From sequence record MW272540.1: a DNA stretch of 64,000 bases, one strand, 5' to 3'. Positions 55,128-64,000 of the stretch are shown piece by piece. The notes under the pieces are model-generated. The model saw only the letters and a list, made by a program, of their open reading frames with translations. It did not search any database and was not told the origin of the DNA. The position numbers and the translations under genes were made by a program. Numbering within the stretch: the stretch's first letter is position 1; every line of letters begins with the position of its first letter.

Positions 55128-55502
55128 CTACGGTCGGAATGCTTGTTTGGTAACTACCAACTCCCGGTCTCCGATAATATCAAAAACCTCTGTTGGGATA
55201 GCAGTTAGAACATCCACGAAAACGTGGGTTGCATCCGGAACTCGTTCGAGTGCTTCGACCAGTTGTTGCTTGAGTCCGTGCTGACCGTTAAACAACGCAC
55301 CACCTTGAACAGATGAAACGCACATTTCAAAAGTAAACGAGTCCGGGGAGATGAAATCGTTGATCCGAGAGAATGCGGCGTGTTCGTCCATCTCTTCTGT
55401 AATCACGATAATCGGGCTCACCATAACTTGTTGAGCAGCTTTAGACAAAAGACGGGTGGTTTTGCCAGACCCAACAGTGCCCATAATCAGTTCGTAAATC
55501 AT
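55128..55502 (-). CDS. Small P-loop protein
   Basis: GTVGSGKTT (Walker A), VFVD (Walker B-like); 124 aa. Confidence 0.65.
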   Translation of the reverse strand: MIYELIMGTVGSGKTTRLLSKAAQQVMVSPIIVITEEMDEHAAFSRINDFISPDSFTFEMCVSSVQGGALFNGQHGLKQQLVEALERVPDATHVFVDVLTAIPTEVFDIIGDRELVVTKQAFRP

Positions 55503-55503
55503 T

Positions 55504-56010
55504 TTATTTTTCCTTTTGTTCGGTAGTCCAGCCAAATTTGGTAGCGGTTGCGCTAAGGCGGTAAAATCCTTCTTGATATTTGAAGGAACGTTTCATATCT
55601 TTGTCCGTGACACCCTTCAAGCGACGGAGGTCACTATTATGGCGGAAGTCACACATTTTTACAAGACAAGCCATCCGGTTGGATTCGATACCTTGTAGAT
55701 ATTCCTCATAAACATCTGGATTAGTGTAATCCAAGCCATGTTTCTTAGTCAAGAAAACAATAGATTTTACAACTTCCGGGTCGAAACCGTATTCTAGTAG
55801 GTCTTCTTTGCACGAATGTTGAACATCTTCCAGATAGTCATGAAGAATCGCAACCTGCTTCAGCTGGTCTGAGGCTTTAGGACCTAACTTACGACATACT
55901 TCCATACAATGTTCAAAGTAAGGACGACCACCTCGATCCAATACCGTAGCAAACGCATCAGCAGCCAAGCTATAAGCAATTGCGGTCATTTTTGCTTCAT
56001 GATTTTTCAT
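55504..56010 (-). CDS. HD-domain hydrolase, small alarmone hydrolase (SpoT/Mesh1) type
   Basis: DRGGRPYFEH, AILHDYLED, LVKMCDFRHN. Confidence 0.85.
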   Translation of the reverse strand: MKNHEAKMTAIAYSLAADAFATVLDRGGRPYFEHCMEVCRKLGPKASDQLKQVAILHDYLEDVQHSCKEDLLEYGFDPEVVKSIVFLTKKHGLDYTNPDVYEEYLQGIESNRMACLVKMCDFRHNSDLRRLKGVTDKDMKRSFKYQEGFYRLSATATKFGWTTEQKEK

Positions 56011-56474
56011 AATTTACATCTCCCATTTAATAGTATGAAATGGCTTATTAATTCTCAGTTCTTCTTTTAAACTTGAGGGTAGTTCTTCACCATGTGTAAT
56101 GTATTCCCTCAATGTAGGACCTTGCCCAAGCTTACCATAAAAAGGTCCACGACTAAAACAAGTACCAGCTTCTATCACGAGATATTCCCCGTTGTATCTA
56201 CGGCTAATATAACGACCGGTAACCAATTCAGGAGAATACGTATTTGCTTGGTAAGTGACTCTCATAGATGACCTCGCATCAAACTGTAAATCCATATTAT
56301 CAGTTTGGTGTTGGCTGGTCAACAACTATTTTCATATCATGACCAATTCTTGCAGTCGGTCGGTTTAAATTACCCTCTACGTAATCATACATATTGGACT
56401 CGAATCGTTGTTTTTCCAGTTTATCATGTGAAGCAGAAATAAAAAAGCACAACGCGATTGCAAAGAAAACAAAC

Positions 56475-57536
56475 TTACCCATTAAATTTTACCTCTCGTA
56501 CTGCGGTTTCCCAGCTTACCCAACCATATTTTAGGTCTTGGTAGGCAACCCTGTCCTTATAAAGTTGATCGATGCGTCGCTCACGTTCAAACATAATCAG
56601 ACGACCTAGATCCTTCCCAGTAACTTCTGGGAACGTCTCAGAAGTTACTGAACGATACGCCTTAACTTGCTCTGCGTCAACCATTCCTAGTTCCAAAGCG
56701 ACTTTCAACATGGGGGTGTCCTGATCACCACGACATTTCTTGATAAGCTCAAATTCCGAACCTTCAAAAAACCAGACATCAGCGAACATTTTAAATTCGT
56801 TGGGGATCTTGTATACCTTATCCAGATTTTTAAAATCATCTCTGGTTTCGCATACCGTACACAGAAAATATGGAAGTGTTGCATTATATGTGGAATTCCC
56901 ACCATAATATTCCGTAAAACCGAATGCTTCTAGCATATCACAATCGCGAATGAAATTATAGAACTGGTTGAAAGTTCCATCATCATGGATTTTACACAGC
57001 TCTTTAAACATACGCTCTCTGGGGAGATTGGAAAGAGCCCCAGACTTAACCATGGTTTCGATTTCCTTCATGGTATCGTCTTCAATTTCAAACTCATAAC
57101 GACAAGCAAACCGGATCCCACGAAATACACGAAGTGGGTCATCTCGGAATGCATTTACGTTTACCATACGGATTTTCTTGTTGATGAGGTCTTTAATTCC
57201 ACCATACGGATCGATATAGCTTTTAGTTTCATCATCGTATGCAATCGCGTTAATGGTAAAATCTCGACGATAAAGGTCCTCGATGATAGTTACATCTGGA
57301 CCAAAAGCGACTTCGAAATCGTTGTAGCCGGACCCGGTTGAAATTTCTGTACGGGCCATGGCTAGTTCTTCACCGTTATGGAGTAGATACACCGGGAAGT
57401 GTTCCCCAACCTTTTCATACCCACAAGAATCCATTTCTTCTACAGTTGCACCAACAATAACCCAATCCCGATCATGAACTTCACGACCTAGAATCGAATC
57501 CCGAACCGCACCACCAACCAAATATACTTTACTCAT
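56475..57536 (-). CDS. cca: tRNA nucleotidyltransferase (CCA-adding enzyme family)
   Basis: YLVGGAVRD, DRDWV, MARTE, EDLYRRDFTINAIA, DPYGGIKDL, DDPLRVFRGIRFACRY, ERMFKEL. Confidence 0.92.
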   Translation of the reverse strand: MSKVYLVGGAVRDSILGREVHDRDWVIVGATVEEMDSCGYEKVGEHFPVYLLHNGEELAMARTEISTGSGYNDFEVAFGPDVTIIEDLYRRDFTINAIAYDDETKSYIDPYGGIKDLINKKIRMVNVNAFRDDPLRVFRGIRFACRYEFEIEDDTMKEIETMVKSGALSNLPRERMFKELCKIHDDGTFNQFYNFIRDCDMLEAFGFTEYYGGNSTYNATLPYFLCTVCETRDDFKNLDKVYKIPNEFKMFADVWFFEGSEFELIKKCRGDQDTPMLKVALELGMVDAEQVKAYRSVTSETFPEVTGKDLGRLIMFERERRIDQLYKDRVAYQDLKYGWVSWETAVREVKFNG

Positions 57537-58177
57537 TTACCACCCCACAAATTTTCCATGGTAGTCCTTAGAGACGAAATGATCTAAGTACCCTTTATGA
57601 GCTTTGATACTACCATCTTTTTTATCTTCATACAATGCTTTAGTCATCAAATCATAGAATTCATGACCGGATACAGTTTTACCCATTTCCATGTATCCGC
57701 TAGAGGTTTCAAAAATCCACCATTTCGAGAACCAAATCCGAGATTTTACTTCCATGATTTCGTAACCGGCGTTACCTAGCGCATTCAACACTTTTTGTGG
57801 TGTTGCACAAATCTTTTTGTACATCTTCCATTCATTGTATGTACCCATCATGAGAGAGAATAAAAACAAACAGAGGATACCAATAGAAAATTTAATCATC
57901 GGGTCAAGAAACACGGTTATACCTCTTTATTATCAAAATGGACTCGAAGATCACACAAGGCGATATATGCCCCGCTATCAATCATCACAGATTCGTAATG
58001 CTTGAAATTGCAAGCCTCATGAAGTTCTTTGAGGTCTCGATATACAGAGTAAAGAGAAAATATGTCGCTAAGAAACATGTGTTTTACTGGGGAACTTTCC
58101 CAATTAAAATCCTTCAGGGACTTCAACAGTTCATTAACTGTTTCATATTTTACGCTTACGTTCATATCTATCTCCTA

Positions 58178-58405
58178 TTAGGCGCGGCGGGATTTCTTGA
58201 CAACAACGGTAGTAGAAGGTTGTTCACCACGACGACCTTTGCGAGTCAGTACCATGGTTTCTTTCTTTCCGGAACTCGGTTGAACTTCGACAGTGCGAGC
58301 CCAGCGTTTTTCGGAACCTTGACCGTTGTCGGTCATTTTGCCGAAGGAAGCTTGACGAGCAGTAGCGCGGGAACCGAAGAACATTTGTACGTTAGTCATA
58401 GTCAT
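58178..58405 (-). CDS. Small basic immediate-early protein, paralogue of 4981-5199
   Basis: FFGSRATARQASFGKMTDNG...KRWARTVEV. Confidence 0.78.
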   Translation of the reverse strand: MTMTNVQMFFGSRATARQASFGKMTDNGQGSEKRWARTVEVQPSSGKKETMVLTRKGRRGEQPSTTVVVKKSRRA

Positions 58406-58440
58406 TTCCTTTTTGGTTTGGGTTTTCTCTCTACGGGATT

Positions 58441-58469
58441 AGTATCTCAAAACAAGGATCTGTCGTCAA
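58441..58469 (-). promoter_or_regulatory. Sigma70-type early promoter
   Basis: TTGACG-17 nt-GATACT with extended TG. Confidence 0.8.
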
Positions 58470-58499
58470 CACTTTTTTCAAAATAATTTCCAAAAACAA

Positions 58500-58523
58500 A
58501 AAAGCCCCAATAAAGGGGCTTTT
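58500..58523 (-). terminator. Rho-independent terminator after the 31-rIII-30.9 block
   Basis: AAAAGCCCC-TTTATT-GGGGCTTTT. Confidence 0.85.
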
Positions 58524-58528
58524 TAAGA

Positions 58529-58744
58529 TTAACTACGGACTTTCAGGGCTTTGCGTACTTGCTCACCACTCAGAACAACCCCGTTACCTACGTATTGGGA
58601 TTCTTTGTCCTTAACAAACTTCAGGACGTTCAGAGCCTTTTTCACCTTTTTGTCCAGAGACAGAGCGAATTGAGATTCTTTCTGACCACGGAATACTTTC
58701 TTTTGCTTCTTAACAGCTTCTACTTTCTTTTGACCTTTGGACAT
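58529..58744 (-). CDS. Basic protein, gp30.9-like
   Basis: Lys-rich MSKGQKKVEAVKK; located directly after rIII as T4 30.9 is. Confidence 0.55.
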   Translation of the reverse strand: MSKGQKKVEAVKKQKKVFRGQKESQFALSLDKKVKKALNVLKFVKDKESQYVGNGVVLSGEQVRKALKVRS

Positions 58745-58755
58745 TTTTATTTCCC

Positions 58756-59043
58756 TCATTTAGCCAGATTTGCAACACGAGCACGGATCATGCTCACAAC
58801 ACGCGGGTCCAGTTCTTTAGCGTACTTCAGAACATCAACACCATGTACACCCAGAGCTTGTTCGATATCAAATTTGATTGCATCGTAAGCCGGGTTGGTG
58901 TCTTGTACAGAGATTGCATCAAGGATGACGCTATAAACATCAATGGAAGCACCGGAGTTTTCGTGACCAGCGTTAAACAGCTGGCGTTGCATATTCAGGG
59001 AATCAGAGGTGATGATATGCAGATCATTAAATTTCTTAGACAT
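58756..59043 (-). CDS. rIII: Lysis-inhibition accessory protein rIII
   Basis: QRQLFNAGHENSGASIDV and LKYAKEL match T4 rIII GHENYGASIDV and LKYAKPL; synteny with gene 31. Confidence 0.88.
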   Translation of the reverse strand: MSKKFNDLHIITSDSLNMQRQLFNAGHENSGASIDVYSVILDAISVQDTNPAYDAIKFDIEQALGVHGVDVLKYAKELDPRVVSMIRARVANLAK

Positions 59044-59048
59044 TCAAA

Positions 59049-59426
59049 TTATTCCTTATCGGTATGAGTATAAACAGAGCGAATCGCGTTGTAATGACAG
59101 GTAACATAAATAGTATCTTTTCCAGAGTCTTCCTTGAGTTCTTTTCGAACGACTCGTGGATCCCACATCTTTGCAAAATGACCAGAACTTGGCAAAGCAA
59201 CCTCAGCACCAATCATATTATGAAAATCTTGTGGGCAATTACCACCTACAGAAACGATAATCCCATGAGTCGGGATACCACCCTGTTTAGTTTGTTGTGC
59301 GGTAGAAAGAACGATACCCAATTCGGATTTTTCTTCTTCACCGGCACGTTTGGCTTCACACATCAAAACGATATGGTCGCCCATAGCTTGAAAGCCTAAT
59401 TTTTCAGTATTAACTTCTTTGTACAT
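59049..59426 (-). CDS. 31: Head assembly co-chaperonin (GroES-like)
   Basis: QAMGDHIVL, GEEEKSELGIVL, PTHGIIVSVG, CHYNAI. Confidence 0.9.
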   Translation of the reverse strand: MYKEVNTEKLGFQAMGDHIVLMCEAKRAGEEEKSELGIVLSTAQQTKQGGIPTHGIIVSVGGNCPQDFHNMIGAEVALPSSGHFAKMWDPRVVRKELKEDSGKDTIYVTCHYNAIRSVYTHTDKE

Positions 59427-59510
59427 TTTTCAAAATATCTCTTTTCAGAGTTATCGACCCGAGGCTTTCACAAGCAGTCCCCATTTACTTAATCAGTATA
59501 CCATACGTTT

Positions 59511-59840
59511 TTAGGAAACTGAATTAATAATATTTGCTAGGTTTTTATCACCAACAGAAACCAGATTTTGGATCTTAAAGGTACGGAACTCTTTGATGTC
59601 TGTATCAAAGAATCTAACCACATCAGGATTTTCCTTACGAGGTTTACTATCTGGCTTACCTTCGGTTGATTGACCGGTTGATTCGACAATAACGTCAACA
59701 TTCAAAGTTGCGTTGCTTGCTCGTATAGTACCGTCAACCTTTGTAAATACCAAGTGTACCACATCTTTAAGAACTTCTTTAATTTTTTCTTTTACTAAAG
59801 TGCGACTTTCTTCACTTAGTTCATTATAACTTGCTACCAT
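59511..59840 (-). CDS. 31.1: gp31.1-like (WYL/SH3-like) protein
   Basis: VFTKVDGTIR..NATL, KENPDVVRFFD...FRTFK; synteny. Confidence 0.8.
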   Translation of the reverse strand: MVASYNELSEESRTLVKEKIKEVLKDVVHLVFTKVDGTIRASNATLNVDVIVESTGQSTEGKPDSKPRKENPDVVRFFDTDIKEFRTFKIQNLVSVGDKNLANIINSVS

Positions 59841-59854
59841 TTATATTCCAACTT

Positions 59855-60379
59855 TTATTTTTTGATCCGAGGGACCCGAACCTCATAATTAGAAAAATCA
59901 ATCACATTTTCACACTGTTCAACCTCGATACCTTGGTCTTCCAGTGTTTTTTCCCATCCATCCGGAGATTTACTATACCTAGTATGATAGACCACCTTCT
60001 TAATACCGGCTGCTGCCATATGTTTTGCACAATTAGAGCATGGACTTAGTGATGTGACAAGAGTCGCACCATCTACAGATTGACCAGTCCGAGCGGCGTA
60101 AAGCAATGCGTTCATCTCACTATGTACCACATGGGTATTTGCCCAATCACTATAGTCGTTTTCGTATTCCGGATATAGACGAACTTGACCACGTTGGAAT
60201 CCCGTCCAACCCATAGACCTTGCATGTTCGTCAGGATTGACACCACCCGCACGTGTACCGTTATACCCGGTAGAGATAACCCGACCATCTTTAACAATAA
60301 CCGTCCCGACTTTGTGACTCGGACATTTACTTTCATTGCTAACGGCTAGTGCCATCGTCATAAGTGTTTTAATTTTCAT
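59855..60379 (-). CDS. cd: dCMP deaminase
   Basis: SKCPSHKVG, TGYNG, HSEMNALL, SPCSNC. Confidence 0.93.
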   Translation of the reverse strand: MKIKTLMTMALAVSNESKCPSHKVGTVIVKDGRVISTGYNGTRAGGVNPDEHARSMGWTGFQRGQVRLYPEYENDYSDWANTHVVHSEMNALLYAARTGQSVDGATLVTSLSPCSNCAKHMAAAGIKKVVYHTRYSKSPDGWEKTLEDQGIEVEQCENVIDFSNYEVRVPRIKK

Positions 60380-60953
60380 TAGTTAATAGCCTTTTCACCA
60401 GTTTTGAATTGTTGTCCGTGACAGTAATATACAACACCTTTATCAAGGTATAAAGTAAAAATCTGAAAAGGTTGACCAAAAGTGTCTAATACAGCTATCT
60501 CATATGAAAATTCAGATTTCTGTGCATATCCAACCTGACAATAGTTCGGGATTCGTTCCTGAAAGGAATGGACAAAACGCATAACTTCTTTTTGAAATAC
60601 TTCATTTTCCATTATATATCACTCATTTCTTATACTGAATATTTTCTATTTTACGGATCGTTAGTGTAGACCCGATTTGTATCCGTCTTCGGATCTCAGT
60701 TTGTGATAACCGTTCATATATATCTGGTCTAAACCATCTACGTTTTACTAGAACTCCATTTTGGATCGTTTCTTCCAAATATGGAACAAAGATATCAACT
60801 TCGTATTTTTTTGCTTCTTCCATGGTGTTGAATACCAATGCTCTAGCTCCATGGAATAAAAGGTGAGTCCTCCCGGATTCATCCGAATAAGTTAATGCAA
60901 ACATTTTATGTAACCTCCATAAAAATAATAACACATATAGTCTTCTATGTTAA

Positions 60954-61502
60954 TTATTTACATGTATTAGGAATCCCATAGACTACCTGCATGGTTTTAT
61001 TAAGCCCCTTCAAATCAACCACAATCGTTTTTGGATGTAGGGCTGGTGTGACGTATTGGATACTAACATAAGAGGCTTCTACGAGCTGCTTATAGCGCCC
61101 AGAGCAAGTATTCAACTCACTATAATCAAATAGTTTAAGAGCAACCGACGCATCGGAATTTCTGATTGTATCAGGAACAGACCGGGTATTGGAGTTTTGA
61201 GCTGTATAAGAATACTTCTCATCTTGCACATACATTATGATCTGTTCTTTTGGGTGAAACTCATTTTTCATGACAGTAATATTCATGTAAAACGCTTTGT
61301 TTCTTTGGATTGCTCCAACATGTAGCATATATGGAATATCGATATCATGCTCTTTATCTGGGTGTGGCAAATATCCAACTAGATGTAGGGTCTTATTGGC
61401 AGCCTTATCAGAAATAACATGTTCTCTCCAAACTCGGTCTGTGTCAAGTACCTCTGCACACAAAGGGAATGACATTAGAATTAAGAGAAGTATAGTTTTC
61501 AT
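60954..61502 (-). CDS. Exported/periplasmic hypothetical protein
   Basis: Signal peptide MKTILLLILMSFPLCA; two C-terminal-half Cys. Confidence 0.6.
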   Translation of the reverse strand: MKTILLLILMSFPLCAEVLDTDRVWREHVISDKAANKTLHLVGYLPHPDKEHDIDIPYMLHVGAIQRNKAFYMNITVMKNEFHPKEQIIMYVQDEKYSYTAQNSNTRSVPDTIRNSDASVALKLFDYSELNTCSGRYKQLVEASYVSIQYVTPALHPKTIVVDLKGLNKTMQVVYGIPNTCK

Positions 61503-61948
61503 TATCCATTCGCCCAAAGTCGATTTGTGATTTCATCGTCCAGCTGTTTTTCTAGTTCGACGATGCGAGCCCGTAGGTCTTGGATCGTCGATTCCGGGTC
61601 TTCCATATCCATCATATGACGAATGTTACCGGCACAATGGGTATTGATGACGTTTTTTCGAATTGCCCACTCGATTTCTTCTTTGTTAAGAAGAGACATG
61701 TTATCAGACAGATGGTCATATTTTGACATAAAAACCTCACTTCACGATTGGAAAAATTTCATGGTTTTTCGGTGTATTGAAGATTCCCCATACAGCCAAA
61801 TCCCGAGATGGGGTTGGATACCCACGATACCAACGAAAATGGAAAAGACGACCGTTTACATACTTGTACAAAGCACCAAATTGATCTGTGTGGGTTGCTT
61901 GAGTCCGGAGGTAATCCCCCCGGACTCTCATTAAGGTTCTATACAACA

Positions 61949-62650
61949 TTATTTTTTCCTCAATTTTTTACCTAAGATACATTGCCCAGAAATCAATCTA
62001 GGGTCGTCCTTACTATTGGCATGATACGCTTTTCCTGTTTGGACGTCAACTATCCAAATCCGCTTTTTGGCAGCTTCACTGTATCTGGATTTTGCTTCTT
62101 CCGACCGAATTTTTCCAGTATTTCCCATACTTATCTTTTTTGTCCACTCATCTTTTTCATCGTCAGACATTTTATAATAGCATGGCTTACCGTACATAGG
62201 ATTGTTTTCTCCGGATTGGTCAACCCCATTCCTCTTCCTACCTTCTTTAACAGCAGACTTAAATTTATCGTCCATTTTCATTCCACTATTCCAAGTTTTA
62301 TATCCGGATTTATATTTCTCTTTCATTATTTTACTGAGTTTTTTATTCAGTTCATCTTGAGAAATAACATTCTTGAATCCACCACGACCACCCAAACGGA
62401 TATTATATGTGTCTTCTCTCAGTAAGAACTCTTTGTTAACAACCAATTTCTCTTTTTGATACATTTCATCCTCAGATGAAAAATATTCAATTATAGTAGT
62501 TTTAAAATTCTCTTTGCCATAAAATTTAATAGCATTAAGAAGTCTTTTACCAGACCCAAAATACCCATCATCTAAATTTTTTGTCGAATGGACTCCAACA
62601 TAGATCATACCATTCAATAAATTTTTCGTTTCGTACATGTAATATATCAT
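61949..62650 (-). mobile_element. Seg-type GIY-YIG homing endonuclease with NUMOD3 repeats
   Basis: YMYETKNLLNGMIYVGVH, GYFGSG, YN...GG, GENNPMYGK, S(E)EAKSRYSEAAK. Confidence 0.88.
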
Positions 62651-62690
62651 TTAAAAGTCTCCCATTTTTATTATTTAGGGAGACTTTTAA
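62651..62690 (-). promoter_or_regulatory. RBS-sequestering hairpin containing a late promoter
   Basis: TTAAAAGTCTCCC-14 nt-GGGAGACTTTTAA-ATG; CCTAAATA at 62672-62679. Confidence 0.85.
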
Positions 62691-62704
62691 ACTATGGGAG
62701 ATTT

Positions 62705-63616
62705 CTAAAAATCACCACTTTGAACCTGCCAGCATTCCAATCCAAGAGATCTCCATTCGGCAACCACGCTATTGCGGTCATCAACACAGAAACAGACATT
62801 AAAACGTGGTGCGATATCACGCCAGAAGATTTCCTCTTTGATGATGTTATCAGGACGCTGATCGCCTTTCTCACGTTGGAAGTGGGCATCGTTAGGGATC
62901 CCATGCTTATCATACCATGCGGCAGTTTCTTCCATACAAACGCCATCACGACCGGAAACGTTGATGATCAGATAGCCTTTCTCTTTCAGGAGTTTTGCCA
63001 GCATAACCACGTTTTCGCGGGGGGTATCTTCACCAACCTTTGACCAGTCGAAAGCGTTGCGGTCGTTCTTTTCTGCGAGAGTCCCATCAGTATCAAAGAT
63101 AACTGCTTTGGGGAGAGACTGATCCGGTTCGTATTGCTTCTTGGTTGTTTCTTCACAAACCCGGTCAGATGGGTTACGGCGTTCAAATTGTTCATTGAAT
63201 TGAGCAATCATACGATTAAGAACCACGTCACCAACCGCCCAACCACCACGAGTTTTATCACGGCGTTTGAGTTCTTCTTCGGACACCGGGAACCAAATAA
63301 AAACAACTTCGTATCCAATCTTTTCCAGATCGTTAACAAGAACACCACGGAGATGTTCATTCAGATTGGTATCTGAGATGATAACGTTTTTACCGGCTTC
63401 TGCTGCTGCTTTAACCTTACCACGGTTAACCTCAGTCACCAGAGTTTCACGGTCCTTCCCGAAGTTATACGACTTCCAGTTTTTGATTTGGAACAGACTG
63501 CGCCGGGTATCATCACGGTTCACGTTTACCGTTTTACCTTGAGACGTTTTTACCATTGCTTCGGCAAAGGTACTTTTGCCGCTCGAACTTGCACCAATAG
63601 TGATATATGCGTACAT
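62705..63616 (-). CDS. pseT: Polynucleotide 5'-kinase/3'-phosphatase
   Basis: GASSSGKST, NRDDTR, ISDTNL; HAD domain IFDTDGTL, SGRD, CVDDR. Confidence 0.95.
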   Translation of the reverse strand: MYAYITIGASSSGKSTFAEAMVKTSQGKTVNVNRDDTRRSLFQIKNWKSYNFGKDRETLVTEVNRGKVKAAAEAGKNVIISDTNLNEHLRGVLVNDLEKIGYEVVFIWFPVSEEELKRRDKTRGGWAVGDVVLNRMIAQFNEQFERRNPSDRVCEETTKKQYEPDQSLPKAVIFDTDGTLAEKNDRNAFDWSKVGEDTPRENVVMLAKLLKEKGYLIINVSGRDGVCMEETAAWYDKHGIPNDAHFQREKGDQRPDNIIKEEIFWRDIAPRFNVCFCVDDRNSVVAEWRSLGLECWQVQSGDF

Positions 63617-64000
63617 AGTATTTCCTTATTTGAATCGTTGTTTAAGATTTCTAATAGTATTGTCATACTTTTCTTTGTAAGAGTCAATACAATTTTGTTC
63701 GGTTCCCAAACTTTTCTGCATGACGTTAAACATCGATCTGTGATGTTCTTCTATCTCACTATAAGCTTCAGAGAAATATTTTTTAAGGTCTTGGTCTTTG
63801 CTTAATTGAGTTTTCAAATACTTAAAAGAAAATTCCAGATAAGCACCAAATACGCCCATGACACCAGCAAGGTAAGGATATTTGATATTTTTCATGAACA
63901 AAGAACAAACCATCATATCTTTATATGATTGTCTGAGTTCAGAAAGCAGTGGGTTAGAGAAACTATATACTGTTTCACATGCGGAGATCCACCGCAGTTC

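Noticed and set aside
55128-55502. Thymidine kinase
   Set aside because: Walker A is present, but the DEAQF motif and C-terminal Zn-binding Cys motifs are absent, and the protein is too short.
1-64000. tRNA or rRNA genes
   Set aside because: I found no cloverleaf with T-loop GTTC(G/A)A and acceptor stem in the short intergenic gaps by eye; tRNAscan-SE would be decisive.

Overview
This is 64 kb of an AT-rich, T4-like (Straboviridae) myophage genome. Almost all of it is densely packed minus-strand early/middle genes; the only convincing plus-strand gene is a homing endonuclease at 45166-46128. Recognisable T4-core genes are pseT, cd, 31.1, 31, rIII, a 30.9-like gene, 30.3 (NADAR), frd, td, denA, rnlA, dam and nrdC.11. 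They are interspersed with roughly 130 small accessory ORFs, many of which fall into paralogue families. The CTAAATA-type late promoters and the accessory gene set suggest a non-coliphage lineage such as an Aeromonas-type phage, but this is inference. The strongest leads are: (1) a circularly permuted gamma-class N6A/N4C DNA methyltransferase; (2) an NAD+/ADP-ribose counter-defence cluster (NARP1-like Prs + NAMPT pair beside a NADAR) invaded by two homing endonucleases; (3) a 243-bp non-coding element with a 26-bp inverted repeat downstream of an antisense TATAAATA; (4) two late genes with capsid-targeting-like N-termini (candidate injected internal proteins); (5) a PspA/ESCRT-III-like gene next to a lipoprotein gene; (6) an extended tRNA/RNA-repair and nucleotidyltransferase toolkit; (7) an 8-member KFKS mini-protein family; and (8) repeated fused terminator/early-promoter cassettes. 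I saw no tRNA gene, CRISPR array or intron. All family assignments come from motif recognition by eye; no database search was run.
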